From Toensbergia leucococca (taxonomy: Eukaryota): 64,000 nt of DNA. Positions 12,516-24,570 of this stretch are shown piece after piece; position 1 is the first letter of the stretch, and the number at the start of each line of letters is the position of its first letter. Location: assembly GCA_022813965.1 (NCBI GenBank), contig JALDZS010000022.1, forward strand, positions 124,001-188,000, given 5' to 3'. The translations under genes and the position numbers were made by a program. The notes beneath the pieces were generated by a model, which saw only the letters and a list, made by a program, of their open reading frames with translations, made no database searches and had not been told where the DNA came from.

Positions 12516-14955
12516 ATGGTTGGAAAGAAGTCTGGAAAGGCCCTCCTCCGAGAGGAAGGCATGTCGTCTTTCGATACCTTCTTCCATTCTGGATGGGCAG
12601 AAATCGTCTCTTCCGTATCCCACCCAGTAACCACTAACACGATTCACTTTTTGTAGGGCTTGAGAGGACCGACAACAACATGGATCTTACTACCTGGCCT
12701 CAGGTGAACATGATCAATCAGAAGAATTACTACACGTAGGTCCTTCTCTCGCTGTTGTCCGATCTCATCCTACTACGCTGTAAACTACCAGCAATTATAG
12801 AGGATTGGCTCACATTCAATCAAAGAATTGGAACGCCGGCATATTTTAGCTTCTCTCAGCTGACATCAGGCCTACGTTAGGGAATATCTCAAGCGCGATG
12901 ATCAAATCCTCCCACTTCGTCTTCTACAAGAAGAGCGCCGGAACCGCATGACTGCGAATGCCAAGGACAGAGATCGAGCACTCGCCCAAGCGAGACCTAA
13001 TGATTTGCCAGCCGCAGAACCAGAGATATACATGGACGATGACGTTGGAATGGATGACATTGGTGGCGCTTTAACCGGTCAAGACGCTTTAGGGTCAAAG
13101 GTGATCGTAATACACCCTGGAAGCCAGAATCTACGCATTGGACTTGCCAGTGATGCGTTGCCAAAGACAGTACCTATGGTGATTGCGAGGAAGTGGAAAC
13201 AGAGCGAGTCTGAAGAAGATGATGGAGAACCCAGTCCAAAGAGGCTTAAGTCAAATAGTGGACTTGCCATGGAACCGGAGAAAATCTTTGGCGAAGAAGT
13301 GTGTCCCAAGGCCTGCATACAAATCCATTCTCCTAACCAATTGCTAGTTTTCGGATCAGTACACAACCATGTGCGCTGAGCTGAAGGCGCATATGCGCAA
13401 CAACAAACGTAGAGTCCTGCCGAACTCGAAGGAATTGGTGGTAAATTACAATCGACGCACACCGCCGGAAACCATCCCAGAACACAACGATCCTTTGCGC
13501 ATTGATTGGACTAGTCTTCCAAGCAATACTCAGGAGGCTCCAGATATTTTCACGGGAAAAGAAGCCTTGAGAATACCTGACAACTCAAGTCCTCGATACA
13601 AGCTTTTCTGGCCTTTGCAACGAGGCTGGTACAACGAAAATGAGTATGAAAACAAGACACTGCTTTTCGAGGACATTGCTATCATCATTGAAGAAGCGAT
13701 CGAAATGCAATTAAACTTACGGCGAAAAAAGGACTGGTTACAGTATGGCTGCGTTTTCGTCATACCGGACCTCTACGAACGGCAATATGTAACTCAGATC
13801 CTTGAAATGTTAATGAGAGAATTTGGCTTCGGTCGGGTATGCTTTATCCAAGAGAGTCTCGCTGCTACGTTTGGCGCTGGCTATACGAGCGCGTGTGTGG
13901 TCGACATCGGTGCTCAGAAGACATCAATCTGCTGCGTCGAAGAGGGAATGTGCATTGAGAACTCTCGAGTAAATCTCAAATACGGCGGAGAAGACGTCAC
14001 CCAGACATTCATCAAAATGATGTTGTTCGACCATTTTCCATACGCGGACATCAATCTGAAGCGGCGGTATGACTTTTTGCTTGCCGAAGAAATCAAGTCG
14101 AAATTCTGCACCATGAACGAAGCGGATATTAGCGTCCAGCTTTTCGACTTCCATTTACGGGCTTCGGGACAGGATACGCGGAAATATACATTCAAGACTT
14201 ACGACGAGGTGCTCTTGGCACCTCAAGGCTTCTTCCAACCATCAATTTTTGACAATTCTACGAAGCTCAAAGGTCGAAGGAGCCTCGTAGCTCGATCTTA
14301 TGACCTCTATGATGGTGCGCCAAACGATCCCATTTCGTCAGCACAGGCCGCTGTAATCTCCCTCATAAATCCGAGCGCGTTCCCGAATTCACAGGATGTC
14401 AGTGGAGATGTCACCAATGGGAACATAACCTCAACTCCAATCCGTCAGCTTCCCAATCCATTTCTCAAGGTCAATGAACCCGATCACACGTCCTCTATTG
14501 GTTCTCCGGTTCCCGAAGATGATGATACTCCTGCGCCAATCATGGACCGCAATCATCAGTACAACGTTGATTACTCCGGATCAGGACCTCGAGATGACAT
14601 CCTTCCTATCATCTCAATTGATACAGCTATACTAACTTCCATCGTCCACGGGGCACGAAGCGATGAGCGCAAAACCCGAGATTTTCTTGGTGGCATCATG
14701 GTCATCGGTGGCGGATCTCAGATCCCGGGATTCTATCAATTCCTTGAAGAGAAATTGAAGCAGTTGAGGCCTGGATTTGCCAAGGACATCATGATTGGTA
14801 CGCCCCCAAGAGAGCTAGACCCCCAAGGCGTGGTGTGGAAAGGAGGCAGTGTTTTCGGCAAGCTCAGGGGCACAAACGACAGTTGGATTGGGAGAATGGA
14901 GTATGACCGTTTAGGGGCAAGGCTACTTGCATACAAGTGTATGTGGGCATGGTAG
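12516..14955 (+). CDS. ARP8: Actin-related protein Arp8 (INO80 complex); 4 exons, first intron GC-AG (12559-12656)
   Basis: Spliced N-terminus MVGKKSGKALLREEGLERTD..INQKNYYTEYLKRDD. Motifs IVIHPGSQNLRIG, ACVVDIGAQKTSICCVEEG, WKGGSVF. Confidence 0.93.
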
Positions 14956-15405
14956 TCTCAATCGGGGTTTTCGACTCAAGAGCCAAACCGTGAATTAGAT
15001 GCAGCATTCTCTTAGATACTTAGCTTGCACATAAAAGCAGGGAACTATCCCAGATCAATTCCCCTTTGGCTGGAGTCTCTGATTTTCTGTGTGCACTGTT
15101 TCGGACAAACATGTGTTTACATTCACTCACCCTTGCCCACCACCATGGCCCCAACTTACGAGCTTAAGCTACGAGGGGGTAAGGTAGGTACCTACGGAGT
15201 ACCACTCATGCCACTTACCACTTCATCTTCTTACCATTCCTACGTATTCTGGTGAACGTAAAAGCTGCTCTCCGGCCCGCAAATGTCCGACATCCCGCCA
15301 CCACCGATTGGTCCATCTAGAGTTCCGGCATGGATGGTGAGCCTCAATCCTCATTCTCCACCTCCAGCTCCCGCTACAAGTCCTGGACTTGATACAAGCA
15401 ACGAC

Positions 15406-16886
15406 ATGGCAAACCAAATTACTCGCCCTGAGCGTGATGCGCGTGTCTACCACCAGGACTACATTGCCCGTATCCGTTACAGCAATGCCTTGCCTCCACC
15501 ACCGGGACCTCCGAAGCTTTTAGACATTCCTACTGACGGTCTTGAATATTACACTTCAGCTTCATTTGGTTCCCGCCTTGCAAGTCAGCAGCCTCTTAAT
15601 ATCGAGGCAGATGCTGAAATGGGTATGCCAATTGACCTTGTGGGAATGCCTGGAATTTTTGACGGTGACGAAAGCTGTAAGTCTTGGGTTGAATTTAATG
15701 TTGGAGCTGTATTGATTATAAGGCGACTAATCCACCCTGGATAGCTATCCAGGCACCCTTAGTTCCACCGCCAGTTCATCCCAAGGATAGGGATCTGTTG
15801 CGTCCTTTGAGCGAACTGGGAAAGCCGAAATACGCGCCAGGTGGCGTTAGTTTTCTGCGTCGGACCGAGTACATTTCGTCGGAGCAGACTCGTTCTCGTG
15901 TGGACCCCAATACATCTCGCCATTCCGCGAAACCCAACATCAAGAAGCGGAAGCCGACGGATGCCTCAAGGGATGAACCAGTCAACGTTCTACGCTCAAC
16001 CGTCAAAGGCTTTGATATCGCCAACCCGGAAGACTCTTACAAAGGTCCTGATACTGACCTCAACATCCGTGGAGCGGCCTCAACCATCGCAGAAAATGAT
16101 GCTTGGAAGGCTCCAAAGCACCCAGTCAAGCCTGAACTTAAAGTCCTCGATTCCTACCCAGTCAAACCAGACCTTGATGCCATGACCGATACCTCAGCCT
16201 ACATGGTCGCTAAATTCGCTTCGAATCCTACTCAATCTACTGACACTCGTGATACGCGTATGGATGTTGGATTGTTGCACCCAATTGATCCAGCACCAGG
16301 GCCCTTGGCAGAGTATCAGGCAAAGATTGTTTCTCATGAGGCTGATCCACTCCACAATCCTCATCCCGGCGGTCCTCCGTATAGTTACAATTTGTTCCTT
16401 CCAGCTGATGAGCCTACGGTGAAGAACATCCAAAAGAAAATGGATCCAGATGATCCTGAGAGGGATGACCCCAAACTTTACACCAAAAGCGACAAGGACA
16501 AGCATGCGCACGGTCGGTCTTTCCATTACAATCAAGTTCGCATATATGAAACCGGACGTCAATCCATCAACTCCGATCACCCGTATCAAGAAGTCGCCGT
16601 CGCTCTCCATGATTCAGAGTCTAAGGCGGAAAATGCGCCATCAGATCGTTCAGTGAAAGCCGCTTACTACTACCCAATTATCCAGAAAATTCAACTCAAG
16701 CCTCGTCGTAATCGCAATCTAGCTCAACTTGGCTTACAGCTTGGGTTACAGAGTAGGGATTTCAATGACGAGCCTGACAAGATTGACGCTGTGGACTTGG
16801 TGATTCGCGACCCGGACGAAGATGAAAAAGCCAAGCGTGCGCTTCATCGTGCGGAATTGGACATCGAACCTGGCGGCGAAGTTTGA
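15406..16886 (+). CDS. PAF1: RNA polymerase II-associated factor Paf1; intron 15677-15744 (upstream in-frame ATG at 15283 possible)
   Basis: HQDYIARIRYSNALPPPP..PKLLDIP, GMPIDL, VSFLRRTEYIS are Paf1 hallmarks. Confidence 0.9.
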
Positions 16887-17652
16887 CTGTAGTTCCGTTT
16901 GGAGCGAGGATTAATCTAGATCCTTGTCTTACCGTCAAGGCCAAAAGGGCTGCTCCTTTGTTCCAGATGTTCTGGTGGTTTCATGAAGAAGCTCGATGAT
17001 TTCTAGAGACGGAAAGTGATTGATAGGCTACAATGGAACAACAAGGCACGGCATCTTAAAATGAAATCGAAGGGTTTTCAGTGCATGGAAGTTTGAATCT
17101 TATGTTTACAGCTACGAAGATACCCCCAGATAGCATTTCCACTTGTGTAGCTAAATAGAGGAAAACGTTACACTAAGACTGAAAAACCTCCAGTTTTGTG
17201 GTCCTCACGTACTGACTATATCATAAAGAATGTTCTGTGCTCGGTGGCTGGAGTATAGCTACTTACCAGGTACACGTTCTTTGACGGCTTCTAAATACCT
17301 CATTCCGCCGTAAACATCTGTATGTCCATGTCCGTACATTGTTCGTACGTTGTAGACCGCACACTCGCTAGTACTTAGTAACCTTTGATAATCATCTTTT
17401 TTCCCTGCATCACAAACCCTTCTCTGTAAGGTGAGTTGCTCCTGCTGCCCAAACACTCTCATACGTTTTAGTACTAATAGTTTTAGCTACTGGATCTTGG
17501 TGGTTCTTCCCACGGCTTCGGCAACCTTGAGAGACTCTAGCAGCACTGGCTCTGTATCACCGGCTCTGTATCAACTTGAATACTGTGACATAAACTATAT
17601 GTCATGATCTTCCTGGGACATTGAAATTCATTGGCGGAAGTTTCAACTTAAT

Positions 17653-19374
17653 ATGAGTGATGCTGAGCATATCGTGATGGGAGATAGCCCGGATGATGGA
17701 CAGGTAGACGAGAGTCTACAAGGAGTGGGTGCGAACGGTCTAGATACTGTAGCGGGCAACGCCGAAGCCTCTTCGGGCCCAAGTCGGACTTTCAACGACC
17801 TCCTCCGACCTCCACATGATCTGGCCATGATGCGGCAGCGGCTGTTTGATATGCAGGACAAGATTGAGCTTCAAGTCGAGGAATTTGAGCGCTATTGGCC
17901 TTATGTTGACAATGTCTGGGTTAGACAACACAGGGCTGGTACTGACCGGACTGGACGTCTCACCTCCGACTATTACGCATGCCGCCTACAAAGGCCGACA
18001 TACACCCGTAAGGATTCCGACAAACCAAGGCCTGAGGGCAAGCCATCGCGGAAGAAGCAGATCCGGGAAGGTGGAACATGTCAGATGAAGGTCAAGACTG
18101 TACGATATAACGGGGGCTATTCTGGCTATACTATCATGCAAGTTGGGGATCATACGCAGCACACTCATGATCTAAATCATATGGACAAAATCAAACGAAC
18201 TACTGTTCTAATGGACATTGCAAGATCTGAGGTGATGAAGGGTTACATGCCAGCATCAGTTTTTACTGTCATGAACGAGGATATAGAGAAGCTTACTGCA
18301 GCGGGAGGACGCTATCTAAATCGCAACGACGTCCGGAATGCTTCACAAGCCTGGCGACAAGTCAACCGGGAGCAGCTGGGAGTGCATCTAGGTTACAAAT
18401 ACGACCACGGCAATGGAATTGTCAGACAAGACGATATGGCTACGGGTCCTGTAACTACTACAAATGTACCCATAGTAGATCCAGCGCTATCTGAGTCTTT
18501 GAGGGTGCCCCCTGGTACACTCCACTTCCCCATCGAGTCTCGTACACTACTTGAGCCTTACCTTCCGCCGCAGGACCTCGTCGCTGCTGAAGGTGGGCTT
18601 CCCTTTGTTACTCTTAGTTATGCAACGTCAATGGACTCGTCCCTTTCTTTGACTCAGGGCATCCAGACCGTCCTGTCAGGGCCAGAGTCGAAAGCTATGA
18701 CACACTACCTTCGTTCAAGACACGACGCTATTCTCGTCGGAGTCGGTACCGCCGTAGCTGATGATCCTGGACTGAATTGCCGATTAGAAGGTGTAGGCGG
18801 CTTTGGTGGATTAGGGTGGGAAGGGCAGCCCAGGCCCGTCGTCATTGATCCAGGAGCGCGGTGGCTCATTAGCCCACATTCAAAAATTCTGAAAACGGTG
18901 GCAGAGGGGAAAGGCAGAGGACCATGGGTCATAATCGCACCTGGCTTTTCGATGGATCCTAATCGACTTGAGATGCTCAAATTTTATGGTGGAAAGTATC
19001 TTGGGCTAACTGATTTTGATCAAAGGTGGCGACTACGGTGGGAAGCAATACTCAAAGCCCTTGCTGCCGAGGGTATCAGAAGCGTAATGATCGAGGGCGG
19101 GGGGATGGTCATCAACGACCTCCTCCAGCCCGAGCATGCAAGATTCATTAGCTCCGCGATAGTCACAATGGCACCTACGTACCTAGGGAAAGGAGGAGTA
19201 GTAGTCAGTCCTCCGCAACAGCACGACGAAGGCGGTCGGCCACAGGCTGCTGTGAGATTTGAAGACGTCAAGTGGCAAGGCCTGGGCCAGGATGTTGTGA
19301 TGTGTGGTCGTCTACAAGGTGGTGGAAGAGCAACAGGCAATAACGCTCCAACCACTTTCGGCGCTTTGTCATAA
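17653..19374 (+). CDS. RIB7: Rib7/RibD-C reductase (2,5-diamino-6-ribosylamino-4(3H)-pyrimidinone 5'-phosphate reductase) with a ~280-aa N-terminal putative Zn/DNA-binding extension
   Basis: C-terminal half has PFVTLSYATSMD, LSGPESKAMTHYLRSRHDAILVGVGTAVADDPGLNCR, PRPVVID, SVMIEGGG. Single uninterrupted 573-aa ORF. Confidence 0.88.
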   Translation: MSDAEHIVMGDSPDDGQVDESLQGVGANGLDTVAGNAEASSGPSRTFNDLLRPPHDLAMMRQRLFDMQDKIELQVEEFERYWPYVDNVWVRQHRAGTDRTGRLTSDYYACRLQRPTYTRKDSDKPRPEGKPSRKKQIREGGTCQMKVKTVRYNGGYSGYTIMQVGDHTQHTHDLNHMDKIKRTTVLMDIARSEVMKGYMPASVFTVMNEDIEKLTAAGGRYLNRNDVRNASQAWRQVNREQLGVHLGYKYDHGNGIVRQDDMATGPVTTTNVPIVDPALSESLRVPPGTLHFPIESRTLLEPYLPPQDLVAAEGGLPFVTLSYATSMDSSLSLTQGIQTVLSGPESKAMTHYLRSRHDAILVGVGTAVADDPGLNCRLEGVGGFGGLGWEGQPRPVVIDPGARWLISPHSKILKTVAEGKGRGPWVIIAPGFSMDPNRLEMLKFYGGKYLGLTDFDQRWRLRWEAILKALAAEGIRSVMIEGGGMVINDLLQPEHARFISSAIVTMAPTYLGKGGVVVSPPQQHDEGGRPQAAVRFEDVKWQGLGQDVVMCGRLQGGGRATGNNAPTTFGALS

Positions 19375-20792
19375 CCCGCGCCAAAGCCCACGAGGACATC
19401 ACTTGCACCAGGAACATAAGAACTGATTGCCACCAAGATACGACACCACCATATTCAGGCGACTCATTTTGCCAGTAGATGCCAAGAATATTGTAAGCCA
19501 TTTGATGGAAAACGCCATCAGCAGACTGGGGAGATTTGAGTATGGAAAGAACATGACCGACAGTATCCCAAGGGTGATAATATCTTTCAACTGGCTCCAT
19601 GCAAGATGGTTATATCCGCATCTTACAGGTGTTTGGGACCAAAAACCTCACCAGGCAGGCCCAAGACTTAATTGAAGTGTCAAGGTCATGAACAAGCCCA
19701 GCGCTCTGAAATGCCAGATGAATAAGGGACTGGAGGCTATGAGTGCACAGAAAGATGAGATGAGTCACCACGACTCGGATGTCGACTGATATCCTCGCAT
19801 AGGCGACGCAGATTCTTAGAACACATTCAAGGGTTTCTTCAGTTGAACACCAAAAGCGGCGAGGAGAGTACTGTTAGGCAGGCGTCAGCCTTTGCTTCAG
19901 CTATGTGTTCTTCTCAATGTCGAGAAGTGTGCACTTACGCAAGCGTTGCTGCAATTTAGCTGATGAGACAATGCTCGAGTCATATCAAGCTCGATGTTTT
20001 CTGTCTTAAACGATCTGGCAAGCGTTGATATGGTTGCTATTATTACGAAAGATGAGGCTGTAATGAAAGTGTTTTCCTAATTCGCATCCGTACCTCGAAC
20101 GTACTTACCAGTTACCTAGCTTGGAGCAGAGATAACTATGCAGGAAATGGTGGCCAAAGGTAGATCAAGTACTGTCACTCGGTAAAAAAGCGGATATTTG
20201 ACAGTACAATCATGCAAAGATTGAATGTGACACAATAGGATACCTAGGAAGTATTGAGGATTGTGTAGGCTATTGTTCATCCATGACCTTAGTTCTATTG
20301 ACACTGCACACATAAATACCCACGAAGAATTTCACGCTCGACTGATCTCTTCTTCCTTTCATCATCATCAACACAATCACCATCATCATCATTTTCGCTC
20401 GACTCCAATCTCTCAAGTTGACCTTGCTCTGGTAACAAGCTGGACATTGACAAGACTGACTGAATCCTCGACTGTTCGATACATTGATCTATTTATACGT
20501 AAGCGAGATTCTTTCATCCGAGATCCCTCCCTCCTCCACCCCTGCTCCCTGCACTCTCTCCCCGGCTTGGCGTGGTCTGTGCATTGCATTCCGAGAAATC
20601 TTTTGTTGTGCTTCCTCGCATGCACCAATCCTCCATCGTTTCACCCAATTCACCGCATTCTTTCTCTGCTCCTCATTTCTGCTTCGAATCTTTTGCTTCG
20701 ACGCTGACAAGCACTTGTAACAGCGAACCATTACATAAGCTAAGGATATTTAAAGCACAAATAAAACAACACTTCCATAACCTGCGACCGAT

Positions 20793-22586
20793 ATGGCTCC
20801 TGCCACCAGAACCGGCGGAAAGCGCAAAGCTGCAGCATCTGACCCACCTCCAGCCAAGAAACCCCGTTCTAAAGCTCCCGCTGCGAAAAAAGCTTCCACC
20901 GCTACAAAAGCCGCAGCCGCCAAGAAAGTTCCTGCCGTGAAGGTGACTGCAGCTACAAAGAAAGCTCCAGCCACGACCAAAGCCGCTACTACTACCAAAG
21001 CTACCGCTGCTAAGAAAGCCCCAGGCGCGAAAAAGACCACTGCCACTTCCATCACGACTGTCGAAGCGACCGTCGAGTCGACTGCTGGTCCATCGAGGAA
21101 GCGAAAGAGCAGCGAAGAAGATGAAGAGCGTCCTGTCAAGAAATCACGCGCAGCTCCTGCCAAGAGAGTTGCCAAGAAAACTAAGAATGCCATCAATGAC
21201 GTCCCAAGAGAAGTGCTTAACGTTTATGTCTTCGGAGAAGGCTCCTCTGGCGAACTCGGCCTCGGAAGTGCAAAGAATGCTATCGACGTGAAGCGCCCAC
21301 GATTAAACCCATTGCTCTCAGCTGAATCTGTCGGCGTAGTGCAGATCTCGGCTGGTGGCATGCATGTTGCTGCATTAACTTACGACAACCAGATTCTGAC
21401 ATGGGGTGTTAACGATCAAGGAGCATTGGGAAGAGATACAACTTGGGATGGTGGTTTGAAGGATATAGACGACAACAAGAGTGACAGCGACTCCGATGAC
21501 GGCAGTGATAGCGGATTGAATCCTAAGGAGTGCACACCAACGGCGATTCCTAGTGCTAGCTTTCCCGAGGGGACCGAGTTCGTCGAGGTAGCTGCTGGTG
21601 ACAGCATCACATTTGCTCTCACTACGGAAGGGCAGGTATATGGTTGGGGAACCTTTAGGGTAAGTGTCCCAGTATTCCCACGGTATTATACATTACTGAC
21701 TATTATCGACGTTAAGCACAATGAAGGTATCTTAGGGTTCTCCGAGGGTTCTCACGTGCAAACTACGCCAGTACTTATACCGCAACTGAAGAAAATCAAG
21801 AAGATTGTATGTGGTGCGAATCACGCCTTAGCCCTTGATCAAAAAGGCGGGGTCTTCGCTTGGGGTTCTGGACAGCAACACCAGCTTGGACGTCGAATTG
21901 TGCAGCGTACGTGTATGAATGGCCTGGTGCCACGCGAGTTTGGGCTTCCAAAAGGCAAGATGAACCACATTAAGTACATTGCTTGCGGTGCATACCACTC
22001 TTTCGCCATTGACACGAAAGGCCAAGTATGGAGTTGGGGCCTCAACAACTATGCCGAGACTGGCATTGTCGACGGAGCTGGTGAAGACGGCGCTATGGTA
22101 CCTGTAGCTTATAAAGTCGCAGGTCTCGCGGGGGATGAAATTATTTGCCTCAAAGGAGGCGCACATCATTCTATCGCTGTCACCGCCGTTGGGGAATGTC
22201 TCGTCTGGGGTCGTCTCGACGGGGGTCAGATGGGTATCGATGTCAGCAGTCTCGATCCGGAAGATGTCGTCAATGACTCGCGCGGAAATCCGCGTATATT
22301 ACTCACGCCGACGGCCGTGCCTCTCAAAGGCAAAGCAGTTTCTGCGTCTGCCGGTCCTGATCATTGCATTTGTATCATGGATGACGGCCGCGCTTGGAGT
22401 TGGGGATTCAGCGCCAACTATCAAACTGGCTTGGGTACAGAAGAAGATGTCGACATCGCCACCCCTATCGAAAACACGGCAGTGAGGGGAAAGAAACTTA
22501 TTTGGGCAGGGTGTGGTGGCCAGTATTCGATTCTAACGGCGGTCGCGGAGGACCAGTCGATATTACCTGATATTGGTGGCGCCTAA
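20793..22586 (+). CDS. SRM1: RCC1-family Ran GEF (Srm1/Prp20, Pim1); intron 21660-21716
   Basis: Lys/Ala-rich N-tail. RCC1 repeats (VFGEGSSGELGLG, AGGMHVAALT..TWGVNDQGALGR, WSWGFSANYQTGLG). Confidence 0.9.
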   Translation: MAPATRTGGKRKAAASDPPPAKKPRSKAPAAKKASTATKAAAAKKVPAVKVTAATKKAPATTKAATTTKATAAKKAPGAKKTTATSITTVEATVESTAGPSRKRKSSEEDEERPVKKSRAAPAKRVAKKTKNAINDVPREVLNVYVFGEGSSGELGLGSAKNAIDVKRPRLNPLLSAESVGVVQISAGGMHVAALTYDNQILTWGVNDQGALGRDTTWDGGLKDIDDNKSDSDSDDGSDSGLNPKECTPTAIPSASFPEGTEFVEVAAGDSITFALTTEGQVYGWGTFRVSVPVFPRYYTLLTIIDVKHNEGILGFSEGSHVQTTPVLIPQLKKIKKIVCGANHALALDQKGGVFAWGSGQQHQLGRRIVQRTCMNGLVPREFGLPKGKMNHIKYIACGAYHSFAIDTKGQVWSWGLNNYAETGIVDGAGEDGAMVPVAYKVAGLAGDEIICLKGGAHHSIAVTAVGECLVWGRLDGGQMGIDVSSLDPEDVVNDSRGNPRILLTPTAVPLKGKAVSASAGPDHCICIMDDGRAWSWGFSANYQTGLGTEEDVDIATPIENTAVRGKKLIWAGCGGQYSILTAVAEDQSILPDIGGA

Positions 22587-23158
22587 AAGAAGGATGGAGA
22601 CGAAAGTGTGATATTGATAGTGGTAGTTGACAGCGCCAGCGGAAGCTAAAAGTACATATGTTTACTTCTACAGACTGGTCACAGGTTGGAAGGGGGTTTT
22701 CCTATGAGGACGTTTGGAGCATTTGAACAGGTGCTCATGTTTTTGCTACGAATGAGGTTCACCGGGTTCTTTCGGCGACGGCGACTGAACTATTTTCTCA
22801 GAGATGCATCGGAGTCGTTCTTGCACGACATGGGTTATGTTCAAAAAATTTAATGAGACAAGATCAGTCTCTGGCATGTTGGTCAACAAGCATAGGTGTT
22901 CGGTCAATCATAGCGGTTCAAGGTGCTGGCACCAGACTCTGATTTCAGGCGTTTTTTTTGGTACTTTTAGTGGTTGTTACTGCTCTAAATCAGACGGAAA
23001 CACCATATGATTTCTGTTACACCATTTCAAGTTACGCTCCTTCTTCAACACATGTGTTCTCTGACGGATATGCAGTATGTCATTTGATCAACTAATGCCA
23101 AAAGATACACAAGTCTCGGCAACCAAGAATGGCATATGTCTCAAGTCAATTTGCTCTG

Positions 23159-24570
23159 TCATCGATACCCAAGCCTCTTCACCGGCGTTTTCATGCCGAA
23201 CCCATCCATCTCTCCCGACGCCATCCTCGGCATACCCGCGTGATTCCCGTAGGGTGTAAAGTGATAGGGATCTTCCGCTCCAGGGAAGCCCATCTGTTGC
23301 TGAGGCGGGACATGCATGTAAGCCGCATGAGGCGGTGGATGCCCCTTATTCCTAAAGAACCCAAACGCGAAATTCGAGATTGCCACACAACCAAAGACCA
23401 ATGTAAGACAGAAAATCTATATCGTGACTTGTTAGAAGCCTCAACGTTTCGATAGGCAAGGGACCGAATGTTACTCACCATGGCTTTGTAGGAAATGGGC
23501 TCAATGAAACTGTTGAAAATCTCTGCAAACGTATGTGCGCTGACTCTCGCCCTGCCCACCATGTTCGGATCCTTGTTCATGCATTTTTCCCAATTGTTGC
23601 AGACGGTCTCCATGGCAGGCACCCGGTTCGCCCGGTCACACCTGTTGTCAACATACTCCCTTGCACACACGGCCATTTCCGCAAGAGTCTCGGCGGCCAC
23701 TTCTTCGGATTTCTTGTCTACGTCGGAACGAATGGTCGACCAGAAGGAGTAGATGATGTAAAGGAAAAAGAACACGAGGAATACGTTCAGGAGAAGTTGA
23801 GCGTAAAAGGAGAGGATATGGGGGAGATTGGGGTGTCTCTCGATGAAGCTGAAGATGGAGGGAATGAAGCCCACTTCTGCGGGCGAGTGTTGCTGCGTCA
23901 CGTTTTCGCTACTGCTTGGTCGCGAGCGTTCCTCCGCGTCCGAGTCATTGCTTGGGCGTCGAAACGCTTGTCGTACGTCTCTGTCGGCGTCTCGTCGGCG
24001 TCGCTTGTGGATTTTATGTACTAACCTATTCTCGTGGTTTCTTCGGGGGCTTTCACCCCGTGTTGGACTTGTGATGTTGCCGAATATGCCCATTGATGAT
24101 AGTGGTTTGTCTGACCTCTTGGCTGCGAAATCGATCATAGAACCATTGCCCTTTAAAGCGTTCAGCCGTGAAGGCATCTCTGGGGTCAGGTCATTGTCTG
24201 CGTTTTCCGGGGAAGACATGTTTTCGGGACCGGATGAGAAGTCAATTTCCGGCTGGCTCCGAAGCATAGCAAAGGCAGGGCCTCGAAATTGCTGCGTAGG
24301 TTTCGTGAGTGGTGTTGTGGGAGGATCATTGATGTGTGAGGCGAAGCTGCTGAAAGGGAGACTTGACTCTTTTTTGGGGGAGGCGAAAGAATCAAAAGAA
24401 CCTGAGATTATCATTATATCAGCACACTAGCACACTACCTACGTGGTTGCGGACGAATTGTACAACTGACGTTTCTGGCCTGTGGGGAAAGGGGAGTCTG
24501 CTGGGACTGGACCATGGCCGGATTGATATTCAAATTCCATGGGGCCTTCATTAGTACGCGTATTCATCAT
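23159..24570 (-). CDS. BRL1: Nuclear envelope / NPC-assembly protein Brl1/Brr6; 3 exons
   Basis: PHILSFYAQLLLN TM helix. Four conserved Cys (CAREYVDNRC..METVCNNWEKCM). AHTFAEIFNSFIEPISYK followed by a second TM. Exon 1 MMNTRTNEGPMEFEYQ. Confidence 0.88.

Noticed and set aside
20261..20707. 148-aa ORF with a poly-His run
   Set aside because: Non-ATG start; the His run comes from a (CAT/CAC)n microsatellite in the probable RCC1 upstream/5' UTR region
21660..21716. Apparent peptide insertions in RCC1 (also Arp5 62083-62148 and 62929-63009, and 42663-42713)
   Set aside because: Stop-free introns of length 3n with canonical donor, branch and acceptor; ordinary introns read through by the ORF finder
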